63,175 nucleotides of DNA, filler included, from Saprolegnia diclina VS20 (GCF_000281045.1; 5 parts of 3 records of this genome joined end to end with filler, not necessarily neighbours in it), one strand, 5' to 3'; shown: positions 23,892 to 37,362, counted from the first letter of the whole stretch. Numbers and translations are program-made. Notes: generated by a model not told the origin, from the letters alone.

Positions 23892-25452
23892 ATGGGCGAC
23901 GATGACATACGCAGCCGACTTCTGCACCTGCGCAACCTCGAGGCGCTGAATGATCTCGAAGACGAGGTGCTCGCGCTGCGTATCAAGGTCGCGGCTATGG
24001 AGGTATTGATTCTGCTGATGCACATGTGGCTTCAAATTGGTGGTGGTTTAAGGCCCGTGAGAAAGGCTACATCAACACCGAGAGTCAGCTGACGTTCGTC
24101 GCGGCCCGCAACGTCGAGCTCGAGCGCATGGTCGTCTCCAGCATGCAGGACGCCACCAAAACGTCAGAGGACCGAGACCGCTTGGCCAAGCGACTGGCCA
24201 AAGTGCAGGCCGACGCAAACGACGTGAACGCCCAGCTCGTTGCGCTGCAAGAGACCCACGCCGCATCTGTGGAAGCGAGCGACACAGACGTTGCCGCATT
24301 AAAGACACAGCTGGCCGTGCGCTCTCGCATCCCCTCATGGACGTTGTTGTCATGTGCGGGAGTGCGTAGGACTCGAAGGCGAAGATTTCTTGCCTCGAAG
24401 AGCGCGTTACGAACCTTGACGTCCGTGTCGAGGTGCGGTGCGAGCCTTGAGCTGCGTGTTCTTAGACGTATATAGGAACTGGAAGCAAGCGAACTCGACC
24501 TCCAGAGGCGCCTCGAAGCTAGCGAGGCGAGTACGTCGTCGTTGCGCAATGTCAACGACCAAGTGTGTTACCAGCTTGCCGCGACCAAGCATGATCTGGT
24601 GGGGTGTTTCTATTCATTCAGCCATCTCGGAAGGCGTGCGGCGTAGGAGGCCATCACGCGGGAAAACGAAAAGCTCGCGGGTCGTCTGGCAACCCTTGAA
24701 ACGCAGCTGCAAGAGCTGAGTGCGCAGCCTCCCGTTCCTGACGTTGGCCAAGTCCACGCCCCTCTGCAAGTCTGACCCTTGTCTACGTAGCCCAGTGCGC
24801 CGGTTCGGTGCAAGCTCTGCACCGAGACTGAGACGCGTAGGCGCACTGCGTTCTCAGAGTTTCGCATCTCATTTTAACGTAGAGCTGGCACTTGCCACGA
24901 AGCAGCTCATTGAAATGACCCACCAGCGAGACCGTCTGGATGGGGACCTCCAAGATTGCAAGGTAGGTCTCCTGCCTGGTTGCCAGAATTCGTAGTCGGC
25001 TAGACAGGTTCGCGCTGAAACCACCAAGTGTTTGGTGACGCAGCTGCAGCGAGACCTCGCGATGGCCGACGCGCATAGCACCAACCTCGCTGCCAAAGTC
25101 GACTCGGTGCGATATAACGTTTCGTGTTGGCCAACTATGCGACATGACGCAGCTTGAGGCATACGTGCAGGACGTGGAAGCGTCGACAACATTTGAAAAG
25201 TACATGGCCATGAAGAACGAGAACCGGTGCCTCTCACAACGTGTCCAAGCACTGCTAGAAAAGACTGCGATGGCGACAGCAGACATCCCGCCACGGGTTC
25301 CCAAGCCCCCCAGTGTGCTCCGCAAGCAACTGAGCAGCTTACCACGGCCCAACCAAGACCCCGCGACGCCGCGACGACCGTCTTTGGCCATGCCACCGAT
25401 CAGCAGCAGTTCGTCGAACAACCAAAAAACGAGCTCGTGGTTTCGTATTTAA
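23892..25452 (+). CDS. Coiled-coil protein of unknown function (multi-exon, start uncertain)
   Basis: Successive E/L/A/K-rich exons separated by short GT-AG introns; last exon LEAYVQDVEASTTFEKYMAMKNEN. Confidence 0.55.
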
Positions 25453-25459
25453 TCCGAGA

Positions 25460-27276
25460 TCACGATACTTGTGCGTCGTCGTCACCGCTTGGCGTGAGGT
25501 TGGTGGAGCTGCTTTCTTCGCTCGTCGTGAGCCCTTGGAGCTCGGTGGAGAGCGCAACGTCATCCGGATCGGTCGGATCCGGCGGAAGACCGTACGCGGC
25601 GACCGTCGTGAGGCCGAGTACGATGCCGTAGATGCCGCAGATGTACTCGACCGTCATACCCGGTGCGTCGGCCAAGAACGGAGTGAGAAACCCTCCAATG
25701 CGAGCCATGCCACTGGCAATCCCATGGCCCGTCGTGCGCACTAGTCGTCATCTCCGTCAAGTTGCTACTTCATAGATTGGCGTACCATGTGTCGGGAAGG
25801 CCTCGGGGGTCGCTAGCCACGTGGTGCTGGACGCCCCCATGATCGCCGCCCGAGCAAGCATCGCTAGGAGCGTCAAGAGCCATAGGCTCCACTCGGCGGC
25901 CGACGCGAGCACAGCGAGAGTCGCCACACCGTACATGACGACCTGCGTGCCCCGTCGACCCCACTACAGCTGAGGATAAGAAATGAGATGTCTCGCAAGC
26001 AAAATATACGCGATCGACGACAGCGATCGTGCAGAGAACGCCGAGGACTTCGGCGAGGGCGGCGAGAAAGATGCTTGCATAGTTGAACGTCTCGGTGGAC
26101 GACGACGACTGTGCAAACAGCCGTGGGAACAGCAGAATGATGCTACGCACGTCACTCATATATACAAAACGCGCGAAATGTTGGAGCTAGAGTTGTACCC
26201 ATAGTAGGCAAGCCCAAAGCCAAACCAAATGAGGAACAGCATGGTCGACGCCCGCCGAAGCACGGGCCCGCAAAGCTCGTGAACGCCACGGTGTTTGTTG
26301 TACTTGGTCGACTCCATCGGACGCAAACTCAGAGTCGGGTCCAGTTCGGTGCCGTTGAGTGACGCAGTCATGCGCAGCACGACAAGCGCTTCCTCAAAGC
26401 GCATTTGATCGCAGAGCCACTTGGGCGACTCGGGCATCCACGGAAATGACGCAAGCACAAGAAGAAGCGGTGTGGCGCAGAGAGCTAGACACCTCCTTTA
26501 CGAGTTGATATGGAGACAACAACGTACCTGTGAGCCAGCGCCATCCGAGGGGCTCAAGGACCGACCAGGCCAAGACGGCGACGAAGCCAATACCCACCGT
26601 CCAGAAGAGCTGAAAGTAGAGGAGGATGCGCCCGCGCTCTTTGTCGGGAAGAAACTCGGCCATGAGGTCGAAAGGTACGAGCGATCCTAGTCCACGTTGA
26701 AGTCGATGTATAGGTACTTGATACATTGAATTCTGCGCGGTGACGTACCGGCGACGCCAAAGCCGACGACCGCCCGACACGCCATGAGGTAGTAGACGTT
26801 GGTCGCAAAGGCGGAGAGCACGCCGAAGATCGCAATGCAGAGCGCGGACCAAAGAAAGCCCATGCGCCGACCGTACTTGTCGCCAAAGTAGCCCCAGAAG
26901 AGAGCGCCGGGCAGCTCGCCGGCAAAGACCGCGGCCGTGATTCCGGCTTCCTGCGCGTAGCTGAGGTGCCACTCGTCCTTCACGAGCACCTGGAGGAACG
27001 AGAGCAGCATGACCTCGGTCGCATCCTAGTGTCTGCAGGATGAGGCCAATGCTAGCGGCCAAGGTGGCGTACGGCCATGAACATGAGCCCCGAGACAACG
27101 AGAAGCGTTCGCTGGAAGCGTCCGTAGCCGACCATGCGGATGGCCTCATGGATCGAGACAGCGCTTGGCAGATGCGCGTCGTCCGTCTCTACTTGCTTGG
27201 GCGAGGTAGCAGTCGCATCGCCATCGCCACCGTCGTCGGGCGCAGCGTCCGCCATGGCCTCGGCCGACCGGGGCAT
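25460..27276 (-). CDS. Major facilitator superfamily transporter (SV2/SVOP-like), multi-exon
   Basis: IRMVGYGRFQ, GYFGDKYGRR (motif A), LGWRWL, MPESPKWL, RTTGHGIASGMARIGG. Confidence 0.88.
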
Positions 27277-27854
27277 GGTCGTTGATTTTGAAATGCTGAA
27301 ACGAACCCAGTCCGGGTTTACTCCGGGTTGTTCAAGTGCGCGCNNNNNNNNNNNNNNNNNNNNNNNNNNNNNNNNNNNNNNNNNNNNNNNNNNNNNNNNN
27401 NNNNNNNNNNNNNNNNNNNNNNNNNNNNNNNNNNNNNNNNNNNNNNNNNNNNNNNNNNNNNNNNNNNNNNNNNNNNNNNNNNNNNNNNNNNNNNNNNNNN
27501 NNNNNNNNNNNNNNNNNNNNNNNNNNNNNNNNNNNNNNNNNNNNNNNNNNNNNNNNNNNNNNNNNNNNNNNNNNNNNNNNNNNNNNNNNNNNNATATCTT
27601 GCTCATGTCCAGCAACGCCCTTTGTCGTCAAGGATCAGCAATTAGCAGCTACAAAGCTGCCACGTTTGGTCGGCGGGAAGCCCGATCTTCCGGATAAAAA
27701 AGCTGGAACGCCTCCATATTTTATTAAACTAAGTTTTAGACATACAGTTTTAGAGATGTCAATGAGTTTTATTGTATGGGTCGCATTGATGTTGTCCGGA
27801 TACGGTGACGGAGGTGACAAGCGTTTTGAATTCAACAGTATTTGGGGTTCCGAG

Positions 27855-28875
27855 ATGGAGCCGCCAGCGCCATACTCGATCGAGAAGGGTACGCGATCAT
27901 GGAGATCAAGAGGAAGGTAGACATGGTCTATGTGTAGCATCGGGCTCGTCCTTCCAGCATCCGGTCGAGAGCGTCCTCGACTACGCGCGGGCTACATACT
28001 GGGAGTCGTTTGCCAAGCCGAATGAGACCATTGTCCTCGCCCTGTACGAGACGACGACGATGACCTCACGTCGCTCATCGTCACCTAGGCAGAGCAAGTC
28101 GCTCCTCTCCGAAGTACGCATCCTCAACAAGGTACGCTCCTTGCTTGACGCCTCATGGAGCTCAGACGCTCGCGAGCTAGAACGCCCATGCCGTCGACGT
28201 CAGCGTCGCCGTCGAGAACAAGCGCGACGACTTCATCACCGGTAGAATGGTACTGCATGCGACGAGCAGGCGTGGACCGTTTGTTGCTCTAGTGAAGACG
28301 GACGTTCGACTGCCGCTGCACCGCGAATCCGTCATCAAGCTCGGGTACCTGCCCGCGTGCTTCCTACGGTGCGCTTCCACATGTTGCCCTCGCCCGTCTC
28401 TCAGCCCTCCTAGACTCACGTTCAAGCGGCAAGCGCAAACCTCCGTCTCCGTTTATGGGTACGAGATGCAAGCGATGTACATGGAGTTACGTTGCCCGTA
28501 GCATCCGCCCTTTCGGCGTCGCCTGCGGTGTCCTCGAGCAAGACGGTGGTCCTGCCCTCTTCAACGTTGTTAGCTTCAAGACTGAGGTATTGCATCCACT
28601 CACCCGTAGCTCGCACCCGGTGCATCCCGTCCAACCTCTAGGCCATCCTGTATGGACCTTCGCTACCTGCCAGCCTGCCCCGCCGCGACTGCCTCAGCGA
28701 CCACATTTCCGGGTTCTCCATACTACCATCCACGTCCAACGACCGTTGTCACCATATACCACCTTCTAGGTCGCCGGAATGGATGAAGCGCCATGATAGC
28801 TGTGTCGACGCGCAGCTCACGCGTCTCGAAGCAACGCTTCAACACGCGACTAAAGCCCATTCGTACATGTACTAG
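27855..28875 (+). CDS. Small multi-exon protein, possibly galactose-binding-like (F5/8-type) fold
   Basis: Spliced reading MEPPAPYSIEKASGSSFQHPVESVLDYARATYWES...SEVRILNK...VSVYGIRPFG; 3' end approximate. Confidence 0.45.
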
Positions 28876-28902
28876 ATTCTGCACGATGTATCTGCCCATA
28901 TC

Positions 28903-30080
28903 TTATGCCGCCACGTCGACGAGCCCTGTCGCTGCCTTCTCACGCGCTTGCTTCGCACACCAATCGACGATCGTCCGAAGCATGTCTTCGTGGTCGTCTT
29001 CGTTCAAGAGCTCATGCTCGCGGCCCTCGAGCATGTGCAGCGTCTTGTTGGTACTCGCCGCCTTGTCGTAAAACTCCTGGGACCCCGACGGGAACGCAAT
29101 CACGTCCTTGTCGCCGTGGAAGAGCAACACGTCGTGCTTGAACTTGGGCGCTTCCGCGAGCGCGAGGTCGCACGACGTGAAGAACTCGTGCGCCCAACGC
29201 GGCGTCATGCCGAGCTTGTGGCAGAGCGGGTCCCGGAGCGCGCGCTGGTAGATGAGCGGGTTGTTGGAGAGGTGCGGGAAGCCTTCGTCCGGGAAGCGCA
29301 GCTTGGGCACGACGCTCGAGAGCACGCTCGCGAGGAAGCGCAGATGCCACGGCGCGGTGACCGGGTCGACCTTGACGGCCCCGGCCGAGAGGATCACGCC
29401 GGTCCAGTCAATCTCCGGTGATTTTTGCACCGTGAGCACGGTGATGACAACGCCCATCGAGTGACCGAGGACGAAGCGCGGCAGGCTCTTGAGCTCGGTG
29501 CCCTTGGGGATGTGCATGTCGGTTTGCAGCGCGTACGGCGAGTCGCTCGAAAGACTGAGCACGTGGTGCATAAACTGGCGGTAGTCGGCAATGTAGTCGG
29601 TGAAGCGCTCGACGTACAGCGGCTCGCCTTCGCTCAGTCCATGGCCCTGCACATGGCGTCAGTGCAGGCAGCATCACAATGATAGACATCTACCTGGTGG
29701 TCCATGCCAAAGACAGCATACCCGTGCGCTGCGAGGAAGCGCCCGACGTGCTCGTAGCGGCTAATGTGGTCGTTGAAGCCGTGGACGAGGAAGATGACGC
29801 CCTTCCACGCCTTGACGTTGGCCGCGGGTAGCCACCACGTGGAGTAGAGCCAGAGGTTCTTGTCAGCCGACGGCTGGAAGTGGCGGTAGTACGCATGCGC
29901 GTGCGGATGCGGATCGACGGCCCCGAGAGCGAGCTCCGTGCGCGGCAGGAGGTGCTTGGCGCTGGACATGGCCTTGAGCGCCTTGAGAAGCTTGAGCACG
30001 AGATAGAAGAGCGCGAGACGCCCGAGCACATCGAGCTTCGAGGCCTTCGAGAGCAATGACGAGAGCGCGCTGAACAGCAT
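28903..30080 (-). CDS. Alpha/beta hydrolase, monoglyceride lipase/lysophospholipase-like (2 exons)
   Basis: FLVHGFNDH, DHQGHGLSEG across the intron, nucleophile GHSMG, HGDKD, HELLNE. Confidence 0.9.
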
Positions 30081-30836
30081 GCTGGCAATCGGCGAATGGA
30101 CATATCTTGCTGGCTGCGGTCTTGCTGCGTCAACAGCCAGCTGGTGCCAACTGCAAGATCGCTGTCCGACGATACGATTGGCTAATTGAACGCCATTCTA
30201 CGTCCTATCGACAAAGATTGGAGGGATGCAAACTATAGAAAGGTGCGTGTTTGTAGCCTTTCTAATGAGTATATCCGGATACGCGGTCGAATTGCCGTAA
30301 ATCGTCGCCGACGTGGCGTTTGGCACCGCAAGAGTTGGCGCGTCCTCTCAACGAATGCCACGCATGATGCGTAGCATCATCATGCTTGGAAATCGTATCA
30401 AAACTAATATTCATGTATATTGGGTACCCGCTCGCGGGCGTTGGCGCCAAGCTCCAAACGTCATTAGCAAGCTTGCGCACTATGGTAGCCACGCCGGCGC
30501 GCGCTTCAACCAAGCAGCTGCATTCTCTGCTTCGTCGCACGATCTTTGTGATAGCCGAGCTCCACGGTGCGCGGAAGTATACCGCGCGAATGAGCCTCTG
30601 CTTGAAGCAGGTTGAGAGAAGATGGCATGGTTCTGATGCGGGCGACAACAAAGGCAGTGCTAGCTGGTACTAGTAGTGCTCAATCGACCGGGCGTCTTTC
30701 TGGGCGAACCCAGACGTCATGAGCTGGCACGCGAATACGCTACGAGTGGTTCTTTGATGGACGCTTGGTAACTGTCAATCATCCGGTTATGATTTACGCT
30801 CCGGATACGCGGCCGTGTGAAGCCCGAATAGAGAAG

Positions 30837-31820
30837 ATGCTTTGGCTGCTCGTGCTCGCGCTGGCCGCTTCGCTAATTGCTGGCACCTCGACGTGCGCTG
30901 TGGGCGACAGAACCTGTGCGACGGACGCTCGCAACGTTCGCCTCTCCAACGGCGTGTCGATGCCGTGGGTCGGCCAAGGGCTCGCAGGCATGAAGGGCGA
31001 CGTGACGGCGACTGCGGTGCAGCTCCATGTCGCTGCGGGGTTTCGCGCGCTCGACGGCGCGCAGGCCAAAGAATGGTACGATGACGTGGCAGCCGGCAAT
31101 GCACTCGCGGCGATATTGCAGTCGACGCCGTCGCTGTCGCGGCGCGATTTTTTCATTGCGTCCAAGGTGCACCCGGCGTTCCTCGGGCAAGTCGAGGTCG
31201 CCGTGCGCGAGATGTTTGTCTCGTGGCACCTCGATTGGGACACTGATGCAATCGACTTGGTCTACCTGCACTACCCCGCGTGTGGCGACCATATTCCCGA
31301 CTGCCGCGGTCAGCCCGTCGGTGACTGGCGCCCCGCCTGGCGGGCGCTCGAGCGGCTCTACGACGACGGCAAGATCCGCGCGCTCGGCGCCTCCAACTTT
31401 GACGCCACGCAGCTCCACGAGCTGTGGGTGATGGCGACGACGCCACCGCATGTAGTTCAAATGTGGGTCGACCCGTTCCATCAAGCGAGGGGCGATCGCG
31501 CCTTTGTGATTGGCCACGGCGGCGTCGTCGTCGGCTATTCGTCCTTGGGCACACAGTGGCCAACTAACCCCGTGTGGTCGTCGCCCGTGCTCCAAGCCAT
31601 CGCTGCCAAGCACGCGACCTCGGTCGCCTCCGTGGTCCTGAGTTACTTTCTGCAGCGAGGCGTGGCCATGATTCCGCGCAGCACCAAGTTGGCCCACGTC
31701 CAGGCCAACGCACGCTTGCTCGAGCCGCACTACGTGGCTTCGCTCCTTGATGCTGCAGACCGCGATGCGATTGCGGCGCTCGATGGGCAGTACGAGGCGC
31801 GTCCTCACGACGAAATATAA
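30837..31820 (+). CDS. Aldo/keto reductase with N-terminal signal peptide
   Basis: LSNGVSMPWVG, ALDGAQ (Asp), EWY (Tyr), FIASKV (Lys), DLVYLHYP (His), GKIRALGASNF, IPRST. Confidence 0.88.
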   Translation: MLWLLVLALAASLIAGTSTCAVGDRTCATDARNVRLSNGVSMPWVGQGLAGMKGDVTATAVQLHVAAGFRALDGAQAKEWYDDVAAGNALAAILQSTPSLSRRDFFIASKVHPAFLGQVEVAVREMFVSWHLDWDTDAIDLVYLHYPACGDHIPDCRGQPVGDWRPAWRALERLYDDGKIRALGASNFDATQLHELWVMATTPPHVVQMWVDPFHQARGDRAFVIGHGGVVVGYSSLGTQWPTNPVWSSPVLQAIAAKHATSVASVVLSYFLQRGVAMIPRSTKLAHVQANARLLEPHYVASLLDAADRDAIAALDGQYEARPHDEI

Positions 31821-31864
31821 GTCCTTTTAGGAATACCTTGAGTCGCTCGTCATTTGTGCTTATC

Positions 31865-34002
31865 TCAAGTTGTATGGGGCGCGGTGGGTGGCTCTTCTTG
31901 CGCTGTCGCCTCGACGTGCTTGGGAAACACGAGCAGGCGCAAGCGCCAAGACACGGCGAGCTGCTCCTTTGCCGTCGGGAGGCTGCTCTCGTCCAACGTG
32001 TCGCGGTGCAGGTCCCGGGCCATAATGTTCGAATGGATCGATCGGCTAAAGACACGCAGCATATAGAGGCACGACGAAAGTCGGGTACCGTTTGACGCGC
32101 GGACTGTCGGACGTCCGCGTCGTTCGCTGCGGCGGCGGCGGGTTGAGCTGCTTCTCGAGCCGCTGCTGCACGGACGGCCAGTCATTTTTCTTGGAGTGGT
32201 GACACCGCCCGAGGTCACTGGGCAAATGACCGCGTCGGCCGCAGCGGCTGCACCGCAGGTTGCCCATCCGCATGAGATTCCATGTCCTACAAAGAAGACT
32301 TTGAAACGATTCGGCGCTCGCTGTATGCGTACATGGCGATATGGGCGTCTGGGTACCGCGAGCCAAACTCAATGCGCTCTTTGCGCCAGTCGTCGCGGTC
32401 GTTGGACATGGACGTGAGCTTGGCTTGCAGGTCCTGGGCGTACTCGGTCGGCGTCATCATGGCCTCGTAGAGATGTTTCTACGGGAAATCATGTCCTTTT
32501 TCCGAAAATTAAGGCAGTGCTGCCATACGTCGATGGCCAGGGCATGCACATCCGTGACTAGGATGGTTGCATTGGGTGTGCTGTGATGTACAATGCTTAC
32601 CCGCTTTGATGTCAAAGTGACCGACCATCGACGGCTTGAAAAACGCAAACTCGTCTACACCACGAATAAGATCTGACCTTGTTTTTGGAAAGTGCAAACT
32701 GGCAATTTCGCCCGGGCCAAGCAAAAGCAGCTCAATGTTGATTTTGACCTCCGACTTGGTCGCGACTTGGCCGCCCGATGTGTGCACCGCGTTCAGATTG
32801 TACTTTTCTAGCGCCTCGCCAAGCACAATTATGTACATGACCTTGGTCGTCGTGCCGGATTTGTACAGATAGTCCTATGATATGTAACCTTGATTCAGCG
32901 ACAAAAATGGCGCGCTTCAGTGTACGTTGGCTCGAAAGTGCACCGACTTCATCTGGGCCACGTACTTCATCTTCTCTACGCGATCTCGTCGTGCCACGTG
33001 ATATTGGGACACCATACATACCAGGTTTGGGCCATTTCTGAAAGAGCACCATAAAGTCGAGAATCTCGGCTTGCACGAAGTGCGACGCTTCCATCGAGAC
33101 GTTGCGGATCAAGCGAATATAGTCGACACGCCCGAGGAAAATAACGCAGCACTCGGCCGTGTCCTTGGAGACAACGACGGTCGCCGTTCGGCGTACACTC
33201 GGATTCGCTACGACCATGAGCTTGGCGATATCGACATAATGGACGTACTCAGGACAACTTCGCCAACGATCGAGCCGGGTGTCAAGGCTGTCATGAATTT
33301 ACCGACATTCAGACTTGCTGGCGCCTGTGCCATTGTTGAATCGTTCTCCACGCCATCACACGCGTACCAGACGGTACATGGTCTCGGCTTGGTCGCTAAA
33401 GCCTTGGAACGCGGCGTCTTGGCGAATGAACACGTCGAGCGTCCCGTCGATGATGATATAACACCGATCGCCCGTGTCGCCTTGTCGAATCAACATCGCG
33501 TGGCCTACCCAACGCTTATAACAGACGGTCGAGCGTCGTCGGGACCGACTTGGCAGTTTGATGAGGCGCATGTGGCGGCAGATCTCGCGGCACACGTACT
33601 CGTGCGACGACGCAAAGATGTTGGTCTATCGAAATGCGTGCGCCCCAGTTCGCACTTGAACGACGTACGTTCGTACAATGCTTCTTCATCCACTCGTAGA
33701 TGAGCGAGAGCGGTAGCACTTGGTCAAGGACACATTGTCAGAGAAAGACAGCAGTCAGAGCGATCGAAAAGGATATCGGCATCGCTACGGGTGCTCGGGT
33801 CGTCCGTGAGAGCGACCTTGAGCGCCTCAAGCGCTTCATTGCGCGGCTCGGGCTTGACCGACTCAATGCGCCGTCGGTGGTCGCCAGCCACGCTTTTTCG
33901 AGACAGTTGCTTGCTAGAGATGCGCCGCATCGAAGTCAAGTGCGGCAAAACGGGCGTCAGACCCGTCTCGGTCGACGGCCGATGCTTGTCAACGCCGCCC
34001 AT
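31865..34002 (-). CDS. Cyclic nucleotide-binding domain protein (two cNMP-like domains, multi-exon)
   Basis: LIRQGDTGDRCYIIIDGTLDV, PGSIVGE, RRTATVV; second domain MYIIVLGE...LLGPGEI. Confidence 0.75.
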
Positions 34003-34265
34003 CTCCGCCAACGCGGCGTTTCAAGGAAAAGTCGTATTTTGGGATGGAATTTGGCGACGCGACAGCACCGTATCCGCGCCATGTCCTTCCTGTGGACGCA
34101 CCAGATAAAATCATAAAATCTGTACGTCGTTCGATACCCAACTCCTTTCTTTCGTACAACAAGTTTTGTCGTTGGACTGTCGTCACTAAGAAATAAGACA
34201 TGTAGTGGGAGACAAAAACCTTCGTCAAGATCGTCAGCGCGTAAAAATAGCGCGTAGCGAGAAGC

Positions 34266-36680
34266 ATGCTCCCGGAGGCCCGTGGCAAAGACGTCCGGCT
34301 CGAGTCGCCGCCACTATTGAACCCGCTGCACGAAAAGTTTGACTCGTGGCTGACCTCGACCTTTGCTTTGTACGTACTCGTTCCTTGCGTACACATCTTC
34401 TACCTATCAGTGGCGTCGTAGAAGCCCCCAAGGCCGCAAGCCGCGGAAGCGCACTGCGCGGCTTTTGAGGCCACTCCTGGGTCACAGCGCGTCAGAGCCA
34501 ACCGCAGCCACTGTCCACGCAGAGAAGCAACTGAGGTACGAGCAAGGTTTCGTCAATCATCAAGATCAAGTAGTCCACGTAGCGCCAAGCCAAAACGTCC
34601 AGTGACCTCGTTGCCATCCATCGAGACGATCCAGCGCCAGCGATTTGCGGCGCTTGTGGCCGAAGCGAGCTACCGCTCATTCAGCTATCCCAGTCGCCTT
34701 GGCTTAGGGCCAGGGTTGCTCTTCACAAAGGCGCTGGGGGCGCTTGCAAACTCGGATGATATATTATTGCCCGCAACGTTGGTGCGCGAGGAATCTGGCA
34801 CGTACCGCCTCGTGTACTCGAATGCGGACCAGCGCATCTGCACGCGTGAATATGCGTCCAAAGCCGACGTTGAGGCCGACGCACCGCGCCTCCTCCGGCT
34901 CTTTACGCGCCGACAGCAAGCCATTTGCGCTGCCGTCAAGACGTACGACCCGGCGACAAAATCGAACACGCTCGATCTGCTAGAAACGCGCCAGGACGTT
35001 GCCCGCGCGCTCCGCAGCCTCCTCCTCGTCACCTCTGGCGTCGTCGGCCTCCAAGAGTTTATTGCAGCTAAGCCCAACCGCGTCCAGTCGTCGCTGCTCG
35101 TGCGCTGTGCATTTGTACCCACTCGACCCAAGCAGAGCGTCGTTTGGGTCTTCACCGACACGGCGCACCCGGTGGTCGACACGACCGATGCGCAAGCGTG
35201 CCGCGTCGACAAGGCCACCGCACCGTACGTCGCTGAGACTTGCACGTGGAAGCTGGACGTGAAGCATAGGACGTCGTGGGCAACGCCACGCGCACAGACT
35301 CAAGTCCTTGTGACCGCCATGATGGCCGCGACCTCGGTGCGTCTTGTCGATGCGACAACGCTTTTGTGAAAATGGTGCGGTGCGTAGATTCGATTCACGG
35401 CGCTCGTGGCGGACTTTGCGCAGGACGACGAAGGTCGATGGTGGTGCTTGCAAGTCAAAGCATTCCGCGCCGCCGACGTCGAGGCGCGCGCCGAGCCGGA
35501 AAAGCCGGCCACGACGCCCAAGTGCGCGGGCCAGTTTTGCAAAGAGAATGCGACGCCCCGAGAGATGGCCAAGCAGCCACTGCTGTACAAGGTACGGTAC
35601 GACGGAGCGTATAATACTGACGTTGGATGGTGTAGGACCTTTTACGAGGCAATTTTTTGACGCAAAACTCCGAGTTGCCGAATGTGGCCGCGGCGTACGA
35701 GGTGTATGCGCAGTCCTGGTCGCGCCGTGTCCGCAACCAACTCTACAACCGCGTGCTTGTCTGCACAAAGTGCTACGATCGGTACAATCAGCTACTCACC
35801 GTACCGTCCCAGCCCTCGACGACGGTGACACTCGCGTCGTCGGCGTCTTTGCAACAGCTCTTGGCGTCCATGGAAGCTATGGTGCCAGAGCTTGCTCCGT
35901 TGAGTCCGCCGGGCACAGATCCCTCCACACCCAAAGATATAGAGGATGAAGCACCGACGAATCAAGAGCCAACGCCTCGAGCACTGACCAAAGCACGCGT
36001 CGTTCACGAAGAGACAGAGAATGTGTGCGACATTGAGTCGCAAATGCCGCTCACCACGACTGTCGATCCACGCCTCGAACGGCCCGTGTCCCCCGAGATA
36101 TCCCCGTGCTGTACCTCGCAGGCACCGACAGGCCAGTCGTCGCAAGCGGTGATCAGCAGCCGCTCGGCTGTGGTCGAGGACGTCATGCCAGTTTTACCTC
36201 TGGCGCGCCGCGCCAGCGTTGTCGACTCGTTCTGGGATCAGCTACAACCCGCCAAACCGCTGGTCGCGCCAGTGCCTTCCGCAGCGACAATTCCAGTGGT
36301 GGTGCTGCCCAAACACTCTATGTCGGTGGACCCAAGCCGCTTGTTCTTCGACGACCAATACAAACAGTCCGTCCTTGTCGAAATGCACGCGGTGATGGCC
36401 GACATGCACACGGTTGTGATTTCGGCGACGTCTGACGACGCGACCGCGACAATGGCACTGCAATCGCTCTTCCTCGAAGTTCAAGATGACTGCATCGAGG
36501 GCGTGTACGGTCTCGACGCAGTAGATACGATCAACAGTCGTCCTCAACTGACCGTCACGCCGCATTTTTCGACCCCGTCACGAAGCATCGGTTAGCACTT
36601 TGAAACCCTAATCACTAGGTTACGATGCGAACTGTGGTGTGCTACAGGTTATTGCCCGGAGCTCCGTCGCGTAGCTGATC
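34266..36680 (+). CDS. Uncharacterised multi-exon protein with degenerate ATP-grasp-like motifs and a Cys cluster
   Basis: LQEFI, ALVADFAQDDEGRWWCLQVKAF, KCAGQFC, LYNRVLVCTKCY; ends approximate. Confidence 0.5.
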
Positions 36681-37193
36681 GTTCCGAGAGGTTTATGGTA
36701 CTAGTAGATGGTTGATACTCTTCATAAAAAGAAATTGACGTCATTAACTCGAGTCGTCAAGGTTGGACTTGTGTGGCCCACTGCTAGCGATAGTTTGTCA
36801 GTACTCGAAGGGTTTCGGCAGGCACCGTGACTGCGCGCAGTCCCAGCCACGACTCAGAGTGAGGCATTCCGGGTACTAGTACAGATCAATGGGCGGTACC
36901 ATAACCAATTGCTGAATGAATGCGTCGATTTGCAATGTTGTGCGCCGTATGGGGCGTGTGTTTTCGAATGCACCAGAAACAACTTCATGAGCACCACTCA
37001 TACGTCGCGTATCCTTCGCACGAGCAACATAGTGACACTGGTGTACTGGTAGTGCGTCGCAAACAATCCTGGTGCAAAGCTATGGCGCAGCAACCGTGCT
37101 CGACGTGGCGATTTGTTATTTAATGTTTGAAACAAGTTAAATAGCAGTGCTCTTTTTATTCGATTGAGAATATGGCGGGTTGTAGGCCGCCAA

Positions 37194-37362
37194 CGGCGAC
37201 GTGGCATAGCACGCTCTCCTCTACAAAGTGTCTTCTATATACCTGCCAAATATGAGCGACTTCATTTTCAAACATACTGCGCGCAACTCGGCCCCTAGCA
37301 CGGCGCCCCACGAACTCTATCATCTGTGATTGGCCAAAAATATGCATCAACCACCAATCAAA
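37194..37362. repeat. Dispersed non-coding element, copy B
   Basis: Same ordered motifs as 9941-10120, same orientation. Confidence 0.65.
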
